The notes: generated by a model not told the origin, from the letters alone. Positions 20,689 to 31,621 are shown, counted from the stretch's first letter. The stretch is DNA of 64,000 nt from an uncultured Rivularia sp. (GCA_963665115.1 OY762007.1:1056001-1120000), one strand, 5' to 3'. A program made the numbers and translations.

Positions 20689-22242
20689 ATGGTTTCGACA
20701 ATAAATAAAGTAACTAGAGCCGATTATTCAGGACGCGATCGCCAAGGTAAAGTCGCTTTTTATGTACTCCTGTGGAAAAGACAAGGAATTTCCTTGGAAC
20801 TCTTCGATGAATACTGGAAGGATGTACATGGTCCAGTTTGTGCGAGATTGCCAGGGCAGCATCAATACTGGCAGTTCCATGTAGCTCACAATGAAGGTGG
20901 CTTTTTCCCAGCGATTAAGGGTTTAGACCAAACTATTCGTCAAGAAGATAATTTTGATGGTATTGCAGAATTAACCTTTGAAAACGAACAAGAGCGTCAG
21001 ACTTGGTTTGAAGCCGCCGGGATACTGATGGATGATGAGAAAAATGTATTTAGAAAAGCTATTGGTTATAATACCAATCCCAGCAATTCTATTACTTATG
21101 TAGATAGTATTCCCAATGGAGAACCTAACGGTGAAACTGGGATACTCAAATTCCATGTAATGGTTAAAAAAGCTAATGGAGTTAGTTCCGAAGCTTTTCG
21201 TCGTTACTTGACTGACGTTTTTGCAGAAAACATTAGCTCTCACGAGTCAGTACTCAAGTTTCGCCTGCATTTATTTGAAGAAGTAGATAATTCTCGTCCT
21301 GATGCTGATGGAGTCATTCATAACGAACCAGAAGAAAAGCAATATCATGCTGCTTATGAAATAGCTTTTTCAAATCAGCTTGAAAGAGAAAAGTTTTTTG
21401 CTTCCGCTCAGTATAAAGCTGCTACTCGTGATGCTGCAAAATATATTAAACAAATGCAGGCATTTCCAGAAAGAACCGCTTATACCTTTGTTTACGATGG
21501 CAAAATGACTCTTGCTGGCGAACGTAGTTCTTCAGTTGCAGAATTAATCGAAGGAATTGGAGCAGTAAACCAACTTAAGGAGGATATTAAATCTCTCATG
21601 TTAAATTCTAGTCTTTACACACAACAAAATAACGGTTTTTCTTCTTACCAGAACCAGAATCAACCACCAGCTATTAAAAAGCGCACCAATTATTACGAAG
21701 GTTTGTCCGCAGATTATTCTCGTCCGGGACTTGTAACTTCCTACGTCGCTAAAAAGTTGATTGAGGATGCAGAAAAAATTGTGGCAATGAAAGAATCCAG
21801 ATTGCCAGAAATCAACTATAACTATTCCTTAGAACAGATTGAAGCTGAAAATAAAGAATGGTGGCCTACTCACTGCGAAGCATTGAGACAGGGACGTGGA
21901 GACATCTTAACTGGTGAATATCGCGACGATTTGGTTTATTTTTGCCAGGATGGTCCTTATAGAGGCTTAGAACAACAAAAAGCAAGAGAACAGCATTGGT
22001 GGGCGTTAATTGCTCAGCCAGGAGTTACCATGTGCTGGCCAATTGTCATGTTCTGGGGCGAACACACTTACTTTGAATGGAAGTGTGAAGATAATGAAAC
22101 CAATGAAACTATTGCCAAAGGTAATGTTACCTGGGTACGTCGGGGACACCGAGGTGCTTGCTATCTAAAGACCGAACAATTGACATTTTACCGTGATGTT
22201 TTTGCTGCTGATGGATTATTAAAACTGATCGCTACTGCTTAA
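20689..22242 (+). CDS. Tandem EthD-like domains plus C-terminal NTF2/SnoaL-like domain
   Basis: KRQGISLELFDEYWKDVHGP and FDGIAELTF (EthD), second barrel VKKANGVSSEAFRRYL; the C-terminal ~190 aa has an NTF2-like pattern (less certain); AAGGAG RBS. Confidence 0.75.
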   Translation: MVSTINKVTRADYSGRDRQGKVAFYVLLWKRQGISLELFDEYWKDVHGPVCARLPGQHQYWQFHVAHNEGGFFPAIKGLDQTIRQEDNFDGIAELTFENEQERQTWFEAAGILMDDEKNVFRKAIGYNTNPSNSITYVDSIPNGEPNGETGILKFHVMVKKANGVSSEAFRRYLTDVFAENISSHESVLKFRLHLFEEVDNSRPDADGVIHNEPEEKQYHAAYEIAFSNQLEREKFFASAQYKAATRDAAKYIKQMQAFPERTAYTFVYDGKMTLAGERSSSVAELIEGIGAVNQLKEDIKSLMLNSSLYTQQNNGFSSYQNQNQPPAIKKRTNYYEGLSADYSRPGLVTSYVAKKLIEDAEKIVAMKESRLPEINYNYSLEQIEAENKEWWPTHCEALRQGRGDILTGEYRDDLVYFCQDGPYRGLEQQKAREQHWWALIAQPGVTMCWPIVMFWGEHTYFEWKCEDNETNETIAKGNVTWVRRGHRGACYLKTEQLTFYRDVFAADGLLKLIATA

Positions 22243-22243
22243 A

Positions 22244-25200
22244 ATGAAAAAAAAGGTGGCAGATAAAAATGCTGTCCTAGATGACAAAGAGCTTCAGCAG
22301 AGTTTAAAACAAATCAATCCAAAGTTTGGTGATTTTGTAACTCGGGTAGCAGGTGAAGCTTGGGGGTTGCCGTTAATTGACCAAAAAACTAAAGCTCTGA
22401 TTACCATCGCGATTGATGTTGTTAATCAGGACCATAGGGGTTCGGGCAACCCATTCACCGCTCATGTCAATATGGCTCTCAAGCAAGGTGCCAGTCGCCA
22501 AGAAATTGAAGAACTATTACTGTTTCTATGCGTTTATGCAGGCTTTAATAAAGTCGCGGCTGGCTTCGGAAGCCTCAACAAGATTTTTGATTCCGATCCC
22601 GATAACGTCAATTGCACCTCAAGGACAGTAGCAATGGTTGCAGACAGTCGAAAGATAAATAAAGCCGATTATTCAGCACGCGATTCTAAAGGGAAAGTCA
22701 GTTTTTACGTACTTCTATGGAAACGCCAAGGTATTTCCCTAGAACTATTTGATAATTATTGGAAAGATGTACATGGTCCCGTTTGTGCGAGATTACCCGG
22801 ACAGCATCAATACTGGCAGTTTCATGTAGCTCATAATGAAGGTGGATTTTGCCCTAATATTCAGGGTTTAGATTATTCCTTCGATGCGGAAGATAATTTT
22901 GATGGTATTGCAGAATTAACTTTTGAGAGCGAAGCTGAACGTCAAACCTGGTTTGAAGCAGCCGGGATATTGATGGATGACGAAAAAAATGTATTTAGAA
23001 AAGCCATTGGGTATAACACAAGTCCCGGCAATTCTATTACTTATGTAGATGGTATTCCCAACGGAGAACCGAATGGTGAAACCGGGGTGCTGAAATTCCA
23101 TGTCACGGTTAAAAAAGCCGATGGAATCAGTACCGAAGCTTTTCGTCATTATCTAACTGAGAGTTTTGCACCTCAAGTCAGCAGTCATGATTCTGTATTA
23201 AAATTTCGACTGCATTTATTTGAAGAAGTAGATAATTCTCGTCCCGATGCTGATGGAGTTATTCATTACGAAGCAGCAGAAAAGCAATATCATGCTGCTT
23301 ATGAAATAGCTTTTTCAAATCAACTTGAAAGAGAAAAGTTTTTTGCTTCTGCTCAATATCAAACTGCCATTCAAGATGCAGCTAGATATATTAAACAAAT
23401 CCAAGCATTTCCAGAAAGAACTGCTTATACCTTTGTTTACGATAGCAAAATGACTCTCTCCGGACAGCGCAGTTCAAAAGTTGCATCTCTAATCGAAAAT
23501 ATTGGAGCCAGTAATCAATTAAAGGAGAATATAATATCTTTAATGTCTAGCCAGGTTAATGGAAAGCCCAAAGGTTTGGGTCATTATCTTCAAGGAGTTC
23601 AACACTTTGGAATTACAGTTAATGACATGGCGAAAGCTATGGAATTTTATACCGAAGTTTTGGGTGGAAAACTGGCAATTGGTGGTGATGGATTCGTTGG
23701 GGAAGATTTACACAATCTACTCTTTCAAAAAGAGGATTTAGAGGCTTGGAAACAAGGTGTTAACCCCAAAGAACAAGGCATACCTAATATTCGAGATGGT
23801 TCCGAAGATGCATTAGATGTCAGATTTATTTCTTTTGGCAATACTTGTGTCGAATTAATCCATTTCCGAGATGCCCAGTTAAGTGCAAACGCACCGAACA
23901 TTTTCAGTAAAATTCCTTCTGGTATCGGGCACGTTAATGCTCCACACATTTCCTTTTATGTAAAAGACGATGTGGATATTAATCTCTTCGCCAAAATGCT
24001 AGAAGATGAATGTCAACAGCGGGGAATTAATAACGTTGTTGTCAACCGAGTTATTCATCTTGATTCGCTAGAGCAGAGAAAAACTGCGGCTCTAAAATAT
24101 GCCAAAACGGATTTTATTGGTGATTTTGATGGATGGGCTTTATTCTACTGTAAAGGTCCGAATGGCGAGCAGTTGGAATTTAATCAGGTCACAAAAAGAG
24201 CCAAAGAAAGATTTAGTGAAGCTCAAAAAGAATACAATTTGAGCAACGATACAGATTATTGGTTCTACAATAATTCTGCACCACAGCATACCAAAGTCAA
24301 CGGTAATAACCGACTGTACGGCAGCTATAGCGCCACAATAAATGCTCCAGCCGAAAAGATTTGGCAAGTGTGGACGGAACAGGCTTACAGTGAAAATTTT
24401 CCCATCTTAGAGCGCTATCATAACGGCGTTTTGCGGGAAGTATCAATGCCTGGAATGACAATGAAGCAAAGGGTAACTATTGATAAGCAAGCAGGAACAA
24501 TGAGTATTGCTTTGGTAGATAACCCTCTGTTTACAGGTCAGTTTGTTAATCATATAGATCAAAAATCTCATCAGCCCGGTTCTTCACCAATAGTGAATTT
24601 TACTATTGATTTACAACCTACAAGTGAGAACTCGCTACAGCATCAAGATGCACAAGGGTTTATTGAAGCAGCAAAACCCGAAAGAATTCAGGAAGCTGTT
24701 TATCAACTCAAACAACTTGTTGAAAATAATACTACTCAAGAGGAAAGACCAATGACACAATCTTTAACACGTACTGGTTCTAAGTCTGAGATTGTCAGAC
24801 GGATGTTTGAAGCTGGGGAGTCAATGAATGTAGAAAATTTTGTGAAATTCTACACTGAAGATGCTCACTATCAATTTAGTAACTTCCCCGTAGCATATGG
24901 TCCTCAAGGAATTCGAGATACTTCTGTAGATTTTCTGAACACCGTAGCAAAAGTCTACCACCACATTACCAATATCTGGGAGCAGGGAGACACAGTTATT
25001 TGTGAAATGGAAGTAACTTACATCCGTCACGATGGTAAAGTTTTCCGACTTCCTTGCTGCGACACAATTGTATTTAAAGGTGATAAAGTTCAGCAATTGA
25101 AAATTTACATGGATATCAGTCCTGTATTTCAAACCGAACAAGTAGAACCAGCAGCTTCAACTTCCAGCGATCTCCTCCTACAAAGAATTGGCAAAATGTA

Positions 25201-25531
25201 TGAGGCTCTACACGCAGAAAACTGGGATCAATTCATGAGCTTCTTTACTCCCGATTTGCTTTATAAAGTTGGCGCTCACGAACCAGTAATTGGACCTCAA
25301 GCTTGTCGCGACTTTTTAATTAATATTTACAGAACTTTAAAGTTGACAACTCATAATGCTAGAGGTACCTGGGCAGTTGATAATACTGTAATTTTAGAAA
25401 TGGACGCTAACTACGTCAACAAAGTTACCAAAGAATTCTCTCAAGTTCCCTGTACCGATATCTACCGCTTTGAAGGAGATAAAATCTGTGAATGGCGGGT
25501 ATATCCAGATGCTTCTCAGCTAAAGTTCTAA
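22244..25531 (+). CDS. Seven-domain fusion CMD-EthD-EthD-VOC/glyoxalase-SRPBCC-SnoaL-SnoaL
   Basis: N-terminus paralogous to 20142 and 20689; GVQHFGITV...GPNGEQLEF (VOC); SATINAPAEKIW (SRPBCC); two FY/FTxD..Y...GPQ...PCxD...GDK SnoaL repeats. Confidence 0.8.
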   Translation: MKKKVADKNAVLDDKELQQSLKQINPKFGDFVTRVAGEAWGLPLIDQKTKALITIAIDVVNQDHRGSGNPFTAHVNMALKQGASRQEIEELLLFLCVYAGFNKVAAGFGSLNKIFDSDPDNVNCTSRTVAMVADSRKINKADYSARDSKGKVSFYVLLWKRQGISLELFDNYWKDVHGPVCARLPGQHQYWQFHVAHNEGGFCPNIQGLDYSFDAEDNFDGIAELTFESEAERQTWFEAAGILMDDEKNVFRKAIGYNTSPGNSITYVDGIPNGEPNGETGVLKFHVTVKKADGISTEAFRHYLTESFAPQVSSHDSVLKFRLHLFEEVDNSRPDADGVIHYEAAEKQYHAAYEIAFSNQLEREKFFASAQYQTAIQDAARYIKQIQAFPERTAYTFVYDSKMTLSGQRSSKVASLIENIGASNQLKENIISLMSSQVNGKPKGLGHYLQGVQHFGITVNDMAKAMEFYTEVLGGKLAIGGDGFVGEDLHNLLFQKEDLEAWKQGVNPKEQGIPNIRDGSEDALDVRFISFGNTCVELIHFRDAQLSANAPNIFSKIPSGIGHVNAPHISFYVKDDVDINLFAKMLEDECQQRGINNVVVNRVIHLDSLEQRKTAALKYAKTDFIGDFDGWALFYCKGPNGEQLEFNQVTKRAKERFSEAQKEYNLSNDTDYWFYNNSAPQHTKVNGNNRLYGSYSATINAPAEKIWQVWTEQAYSENFPILERYHNGVLREVSMPGMTMKQRVTIDKQAGTMSIALVDNPLFTGQFVNHIDQKSHQPGSSPIVNFTIDLQPTSENSLQHQDAQGFIEAAKPERIQEAVYQLKQLVENNTTQEERPMTQSLTRTGSKSEIVRRMFEAGESMNVENFVKFYTEDAHYQFSNFPVAYGPQGIRDTSVDFLNTVAKVYHHITNIWEQGDTVICEMEVTYIRHDGKVFRLPCCDTIVFKGDKVQQLKIYMDISPVFQTEQVEPAASTSSDLLLQRIGKMYEALHAENWDQFMSFFTPDLLYKVGAHEPVIGPQACRDFLINIYRTLKLTTHNARGTWAVDNTVILEMDANYVNKVTKEFSQVPCTDIYRFEGDKICEWRVYPDASQLKF

Positions 25532-25654
25532 GCTTAAAATATGTGGTTGAAATTGATATAGCGAATCATCAATTACACCAATAAACTATAAGCAGATGGG
25601 GTAGAAGTGAGTTGTAAATAAATCATTGATTGATTTTAAAAATTGAAATTATTT

Positions 25655-25745
25655 ACGACTGCTTCTGCTTTCATCAAGTACAAAACAAAGTTAATTATAT
25701 GCGGTGGAAAACTCGGCAGGATTACGAAACTGCAAAAAGTTCTTT
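25655..25745 (+). pseudogene. Possible degraded ABM monooxygenase fragment
   Basis: FHQVQNKVNYMRWKTRQDYETA resembles IHQSLDGTRVVNYAQWSSQESLESA of 14965. Confidence 0.4.
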
Positions 25746-25970
25746 AGGTTCAAAACTTTTCCCCCTGATGTTCATATCTATGGGATTGTTGAGCAAACTA
25801 TCTCAGAAAGCTGAAGCTAGTAGTCCGCCACATTAATTATGAGGGGTAATCAAAGTTTTTAGTAAGGACTTTAGTCCTCGCTACGAACCCGGAGAGAAGT
25901 ACTAGGTTTTCTGATAGAGCTTTCAAATTGTAATAGTTCAAATTTATTCAAACAATAAGGAATCAAAAAA

Positions 25971-26606
25971 ATGACAACTGAAAAAAAAGGCAAGATTGGC
26001 GTATTAGTTGAAGAGCATTTCGATCCAACAGAATTTATTCGCTTTAATGAATACTTTCCTACACAAGGTTATGAAGTCGAATACATCTCTCACTTATGGG
26101 GTAATAAAGAATTACGCTTTGGTTCTAATCCTGAAAATGACAAAGTAGAATATCATGTTACAGTTTCTACAGAAGTAAATGATATTAACCCGGAAGATTA
26201 TAAAGGAATAATTTGCATCGGAGCTTATGCCACCGACCGTTTAAGATATCAGCCAACTGTTAAAAAAGGTCAGAAAAATCAAGCTCCTGCTGTAGAATTT
26301 TTACGTAAAGTGAATGCAACAGAAAATGTTAAAGTAGGGACTATTTGTCATAGTCTATGGCTCTTATGCGCCGATACAGATTTAATCAAAGGTAAGAAAG
26401 TTACCTGCGCTCATAACATTATTTGCGATGTGGAAAATGCTGGAGCAGATGTAGTTTATGAGGGAGATGGAACAGCCGAATTAGTTATAGATGGTAACTT
26501 AATTACCGGCAAACATCCCGGCATGGTTGACGAATTTATGAAAGTTTTTGTTGAAGAAATTGAAAAAAGTAGTAGCCGAAAAACCGCAACCGCAGCAGCA
26601 GTTTGA
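25971..26606 (+). CDS. DJ-1/PfpI family protein
   Basis: GVLVEEHFDPTE, GTICHS nucleophile elbow, DGNLITG. Confidence 0.93.
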   Translation: MTTEKKGKIGVLVEEHFDPTEFIRFNEYFPTQGYEVEYISHLWGNKELRFGSNPENDKVEYHVTVSTEVNDINPEDYKGIICIGAYATDRLRYQPTVKKGQKNQAPAVEFLRKVNATENVKVGTICHSLWLLCADTDLIKGKKVTCAHNIICDVENAGADVVYEGDGTAELVIDGNLITGKHPGMVDEFMKVFVEEIEKSSSRKTATAAAV

Positions 26607-26642
26607 GCTAATTAATTATTCATAGAAATAAAAGGACATATC

Positions 26643-28463
26643 ATGACAGATAAAGTTAATTTTTCCTTTTCGGATTTAATTGCTGGTTACGTTACCCAGT
26701 ACGATCGAGATACCGATATTTTTGAACTAAAAACCTCCGACGGTAGAGAGTTCAAAGCAAAATTGAGTCCAATGGCATATGCCAAAGTGATTCAGAATTT
26801 TGATGAAGGCTATCCCGATGCTACCGGAAATATGAGAGCGATGCTCGTTCCCGGACGCTATTTATTTACCTATGGGTCATTTTATCCAGATAGCGATATC
26901 TTTGATGCCAAGCAGATTGTTTTTGCTGGTGCTAAGAAAGATGATTACGTTTTCGAGAAACAAAATTGGTGGGTTAATCAGATAGATGCTTTAGGTAAGT
27001 TCTATCTTAAAGCTCAGTTTGGTGAAGGAGAGTATGATTATCGCAATTATCGTACCAGTTTAAGTTTGAGCGGTCAGCAATCAACTACTAATTTCCGTCA
27101 AGAAACTGATACTATATCTCGTCTTGTCTACGGTTTTGCTACTGCCTTCATGATGACAGGCAACGATAGCTTCCTCAAAGCTGCTGAAAGAGGAACCGAA
27201 TATTTACGCGAACATATGCGGTTTGTGGATTTAGACGAAGGTATCGTTTATTGGTATCACGGTATTGACGTACAGGGAGAAAAAGAACAAAAAATCTTTG
27301 CTTCTGAATTTGGCGATGACTACGATGCAATCCCAGCTTACGAACAGATTTATGCTCTTGCAGGTCCCATTCAGACTTACCGCTGTACCGGGGACCCCAG
27401 AATCATGGACGATACAGAGAAAACCATTAAGCTGTTTAACGAGTTTTTCCTTGATAAGGGAGAACACGGCGGCTATTTCTCCCATATCGACCCCGTAATG
27501 CTCGATCCCTTGAGCGACACTTTGGGACGTAATAAGGGAACAAAAAACTGGAACTCAGTTGGCGACCACGCTCCAGCTTACTTAATAAACCTATGGTTGG
27601 CTACAGGTAAGCAAGAATACGCTGATATGTTGGAGTATACCTTCGACACTATCGAACAGCGTTTCCCCGACTACGAAAATAGTCCCTTCGTTCAAGAAAG
27701 ATTTTATCAAGACTGGTCTGCTGATACTACTTGGGGATGGCAGCAAAATCGGGCTGTAGTCGGTCACAACCTGAAGATTGCTTGGAACTTGATGCGGATG
27801 CAGAGCCTCAAACCCAAGGATAGTTACGTTAAATTGGCAAGAAAAATTGCCGATATAATGCCAGACGTTGGCAGCGACCAACAGCGTGGAGGTTGGTACG
27901 ATGTGGTTGAACGTGTCCTTGCTGAAGGTGAAGAATCATACCGCTTTGTTTGGCACGATCGCAAAGCTTGGTGGCAGCAAGAACAGTCAATTTTGGCGTA
28001 TTTGATTCTAGCGGGTATTGAAAAAGAGGACGATTACAAGCGTTTAAGTCGCGAAGCTTCTGCATTTTATAATGCTTGGTTCCTCGATTTAGAAGAAGGT
28101 GGAGTTTACTTTAACGTTCTTGCTAATGGTATTCCTTACCTTGCAGGTGGTAACGAACGCGGTAAAGGTTCCCACTCCATGAGCGGTTATCACTCTTTTG
28201 AATTGTCCTACTTGGCTGCGGTTTATACCAACTTGCTAATTACCAGACAGCCAATGGACTTTTACTTTAAGCCTATTCCTGGTGGTTTCCCCGATAATAT
28301 TCTCCGCGTTTCTCCAGATATTCTTCCTCCTGGAAGTATTAAGATTGCTAAGTGTGAAATTGACGGAGAACCTTACAGTAACTTTGATGCTGAGGCATTA
28401 ACAGTTACCTTACCGAAAACTGACGAGCGGGTGAAAGTCAAAGTGCAAATTGTGCCCGTTTAG
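26643..28463 (+). CDS. AGE (N-acylglucosamine 2-epimerase) family epimerase/isomerase with N- and C-terminal extensions
   Basis: SRLVYGFA, GGYFSH, KNWNSVGDH, VGHNLKIAW, KAWWQQEQ, GYHSFE. Confidence 0.85.
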   Translation: MTDKVNFSFSDLIAGYVTQYDRDTDIFELKTSDGREFKAKLSPMAYAKVIQNFDEGYPDATGNMRAMLVPGRYLFTYGSFYPDSDIFDAKQIVFAGAKKDDYVFEKQNWWVNQIDALGKFYLKAQFGEGEYDYRNYRTSLSLSGQQSTTNFRQETDTISRLVYGFATAFMMTGNDSFLKAAERGTEYLREHMRFVDLDEGIVYWYHGIDVQGEKEQKIFASEFGDDYDAIPAYEQIYALAGPIQTYRCTGDPRIMDDTEKTIKLFNEFFLDKGEHGGYFSHIDPVMLDPLSDTLGRNKGTKNWNSVGDHAPAYLINLWLATGKQEYADMLEYTFDTIEQRFPDYENSPFVQERFYQDWSADTTWGWQQNRAVVGHNLKIAWNLMRMQSLKPKDSYVKLARKIADIMPDVGSDQQRGGWYDVVERVLAEGEESYRFVWHDRKAWWQQEQSILAYLILAGIEKEDDYKRLSREASAFYNAWFLDLEEGGVYFNVLANGIPYLAGGNERGKGSHSMSGYHSFELSYLAAVYTNLLITRQPMDFYFKPIPGGFPDNILRVSPDILPPGSIKIAKCEIDGEPYSNFDAEALTVTLPKTDERVKVKVQIVPV

Positions 28464-28560
28464 TTTTTAGTACTCCACAAACCCAAAATTAGCAGGTGAA
28501 GACAGAGAGGGGAAGAGTGGGTAGAAAAAATTTCTCATTATTAACTAACATAACCCTACG

Positions 28561-28707
28561 TACAGCAGATTTCATTTAAGTGAGGTACACATCGTTTCTA
28601 GAGGAAGTAGGGAGTAGGGAGTAGGGAGTAGGGAGTAGGGAGTAGGGAGTAGGGAGTAGGGAGTAGGGAGTAGGGAAATGTACCTCATATACCTGCAAAG
28701 TGCTGTA
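28561..28707. mobile_element. MITE-like element with internal STRR (10x AGTAGGG), copy 2
   Basis: TACAGCA...TGCTGTA terminal inverted repeats; same core as 14313-14417. Confidence 0.85.
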
Positions 28708-28795
28708 ATTCCCTTGGCTCCGTACTAGTGTAGAGACGTTGCAGTGCAACGTCTCCCTATAATTTGAAGTTTAAAAATTTAATCGGAATTACAAC

Positions 28796-29128
28796 ATGGA
28801 AATTAATATTAAAACAGTTGATGATGTCAAGATAGCAGTACTTCAAGGTGATATAGATGCCAGTACTGCACCTTCAGTAACTCAAGAGGTTTTACCTTTA
28901 GTTGAACCAGGGAAAAGAATCATTCTTGATATGACTGAAGTTCCTTTTATGTCTAGTGCTGGCTTACGGGTGCTACTATCTCTTTACCGACAAACAAGCG
29001 TTAAGGAAGCAAAACTATTATTAGTTGGTTTGAATGAAGAACTTCAAGACACCATGTCCGTAACTGGATTTCTAGAACATTTTCAAGTTAGCGATACTCT
29101 CGACGAAGCATTAGCTGCAAAAGTTTAG
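28796..29128 (+). CDS. STAS anti-sigma factor antagonist (RsbV/SpoIIAA-like) 1
   Basis: LQGDIDASTAP, ILDMTEVPFMSSAGLRVLL. Confidence 0.93.
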   Translation: MEINIKTVDDVKIAVLQGDIDASTAPSVTQEVLPLVEPGKRIILDMTEVPFMSSAGLRVLLSLYRQTSVKEAKLLLVGLNEELQDTMSVTGFLEHFQVSDTLDEALAAKV

Positions 29129-29153
29129 ATAAATTCTGGATTTTGAATTAGTA

Positions 29154-29270
29154 GTTGATTGCATAAATTCTGAAGGGTTCGTTTTTCCCGCAACCGTCGG
29201 GAGACGTTATGTATAACGTCTCTACAACCCTTCAGAACAATTGATTTGGACTATCAATACTACACCACAT
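29154..29270. repeat. Dispersed palindromic repeat, copy 2 with right arm
   Basis: First 77 bp match 7458-7534; TTCTGAAGGGTT/AACCCTTCAGAA inverted arms. Confidence 0.8.
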
Positions 29271-29384
29271 TAATTTTGATAGTTTGAAGAGACATAAAAT
29301 TCTACGTCTCCAACCGTTATACAAACAACGAACCAATTGCAATCTAAAATCTAAAATAATTTGCCATATTTAGGATTAATAATA

Positions 29385-31503
29385 ATGGAACGTATTGATG
29401 TTCATCCAACGCATACTTATGAAGGTTATAAATTACGTTGCGGAAAAGCATTTCCTTTTGGCGCTGATTTAGTACCTGGAGGAGTTAACTTCTCAATTTT
29501 CTCTAGCTATGCAACTTCTTGTACTTTAGTTCTGTTTGAGAAACATGGCTTAGAACCACTAATCGAAATTCCTTTTCCGGAAGAATTTCGCATTGGTAAT
29601 GTCTACTGTATGACTGTATTTGACCTAAATTACGAAAATCTAGAATACGGCTATCGGATGGATGGGCCAAACAATTTTCAGGAAGGTCATTGGTTCGATA
29701 CAAGTAAAATTGTCATGGACCCCCTACGCTAAGGTTATTGGTGGTAGAGATGTTTGGGGAGTCACTCCAGATTGGAATGATATTTATCATCATCGCGGAA
29801 GGATTATTTTCGATGATTTTGACTGGGAAGGCGATCGCCCTTTGGAGATTCCCCCAGAGGACCAAATTATCTATGAAATGCACGTTCGCAGCTTTACCCA
29901 GGATGCTTCTTCTGGAATTAAAGAAAAGCATCAGGGAACGTTTGCAGGTCTTCGGGACAAAATTCCTTACCTCAAAGAGTTGGGTGTCAATGCTGTTGAA
30001 TTGATGCCGATTTATGAATTTGATGAGTTTGAAAATAGCCGTCCCAATCCTGAAACTGGGGAGACGCTTTTCAACTATTGGGGTTATAGTACCGTTGGCT
30101 TCTTTGCTCCCAAAGCTGGTTATGCTGCTACAGGTAAGTTTGGGATGCAGGTTGATGAGTTAAAAACTCTGATCAAGGAATTACACAAAAACGGCATTGA
30201 AGTAATTCTGGATGTAGTTTTCAATCATACAGCAGAAGGTAACGAGCGCGGTCCGACTATTTCTTTCCGGGGAATTGATAATAAGACCTACTATATGCTG
30301 ACTCCAGAGGGTTATTACTATAACTTTAGCGGAACTGGCAATACTCTCAACTGCAACAATCCAGTTGTGCGGGGAATAGTACTTGACTGTCTGCGCTACT
30401 GGGCTTCTGAATACCATATTGATGGGTTTAGATTTGACTTAGCGGCGATTTTAGGACGCGACCCTTCGGGCGCACCTTTAGCAAATCCACCTTTACTTGA
30501 ATCTTTAGCTTTTGACCCGATTCTGGCTAAATGTAAACTGATTGCTGAAGCTTGGGATGCAGGCGGTTTATATCAAGTTGGTTCTTTCCCGGCTTACGGA
30601 CGTTGGGCAGAGTGGAATGGTAAATACCGCGACGATATCCGTAAATTCCTCAAGGGCGATGGTAGCACTGGGAATCTAGCACAATGTCTACAAGGTTCTC
30701 CGGATCTTTATGCATGGTCTGGTAGAGCGCCAGCCACATCAATTAATTTTATTACCGCTCACGACGGTTTTACCTTGATGGATATGGTTTCCTACGATGG
30801 AAAACATAACGATGCCAATGGGGAAAACAACAACGATGGTACTAATGATAATGATAGTTGGAACTGCGGTTGGGAAGGACCAACAGATGACCTTGGTATA
30901 AATACCTTGCGCCGTCGGCAGATAAAAAACGCCTTGGCGATATTGATGGTCAGCCAAGGTGTACCGATGATTCTCATGGGTGATGAGATGGGTCGGACTA
31001 AGCATGGTAATAATAATACCTATTGCCACGACAACCAACTAAATTGGTTAGATTGGAATCTGTTAGAAAAAAATGCAGATTTATTTAACTTCTCCAAAAA
31101 CTGCATTAATTTCCGCAAAGCCCATCCAGTACTGAGAAACCAATGGCACTTCCAAAACCGCGACTATATGGGTAGTGGTTACGCAGATATTACATGGCAT
31201 GGTACTCAAGCTTGGAATGCAGATTGGAATTCTAATCATACTTTAGCGTTTATGCTGTGTGGAAAACACGCAAAGCAAGGAAATGCAGAAGATAGCTATA
31301 TTTACGTAGCAATGAATATGCACTGGGAATCTCATTGGTTTGAACTTCCCCAATTACACCCAGGCATGAATTGGCGAGTCTTTGCTAATACTGGAGTAGT
31401 TCCACCTCAAGATAGCTGGGAACCAGGAACAGAACCAGTATTGGAAAATCAATCGGGATTGTTAATGGGCGATCGCTCTGTAGCAATCTTAGTTGGTAAA
31501 TAA
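29385..31503 (+). CDS. glgX: Glycogen debranching enzyme/isoamylase (CBM48 + GH13); frameshift at C5 run 29720-29724
   Basis: GVNFSIFS, NYWGY, LDVVFNHTAEG, DGFRFDLA, IAEAWD, NFITAHDGFTL; removing one C restores MDPYAK (705 aa). Confidence 0.93.
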
Positions 31504-31621
31504 AAGCAGTGAGCAATAAACAGTGAACAGTTAGATTTATTAACTAATAACTGATAGCTCTACGAACTTTCGCTTTCAAATTTTAATTACTTACAATCTA
31601 CACAATAACTAACAGGAAATT

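Noticed and set aside
29361..29732. Separate CBM48 gene
   Set aside because: It is the 5' part of frameshifted glgX
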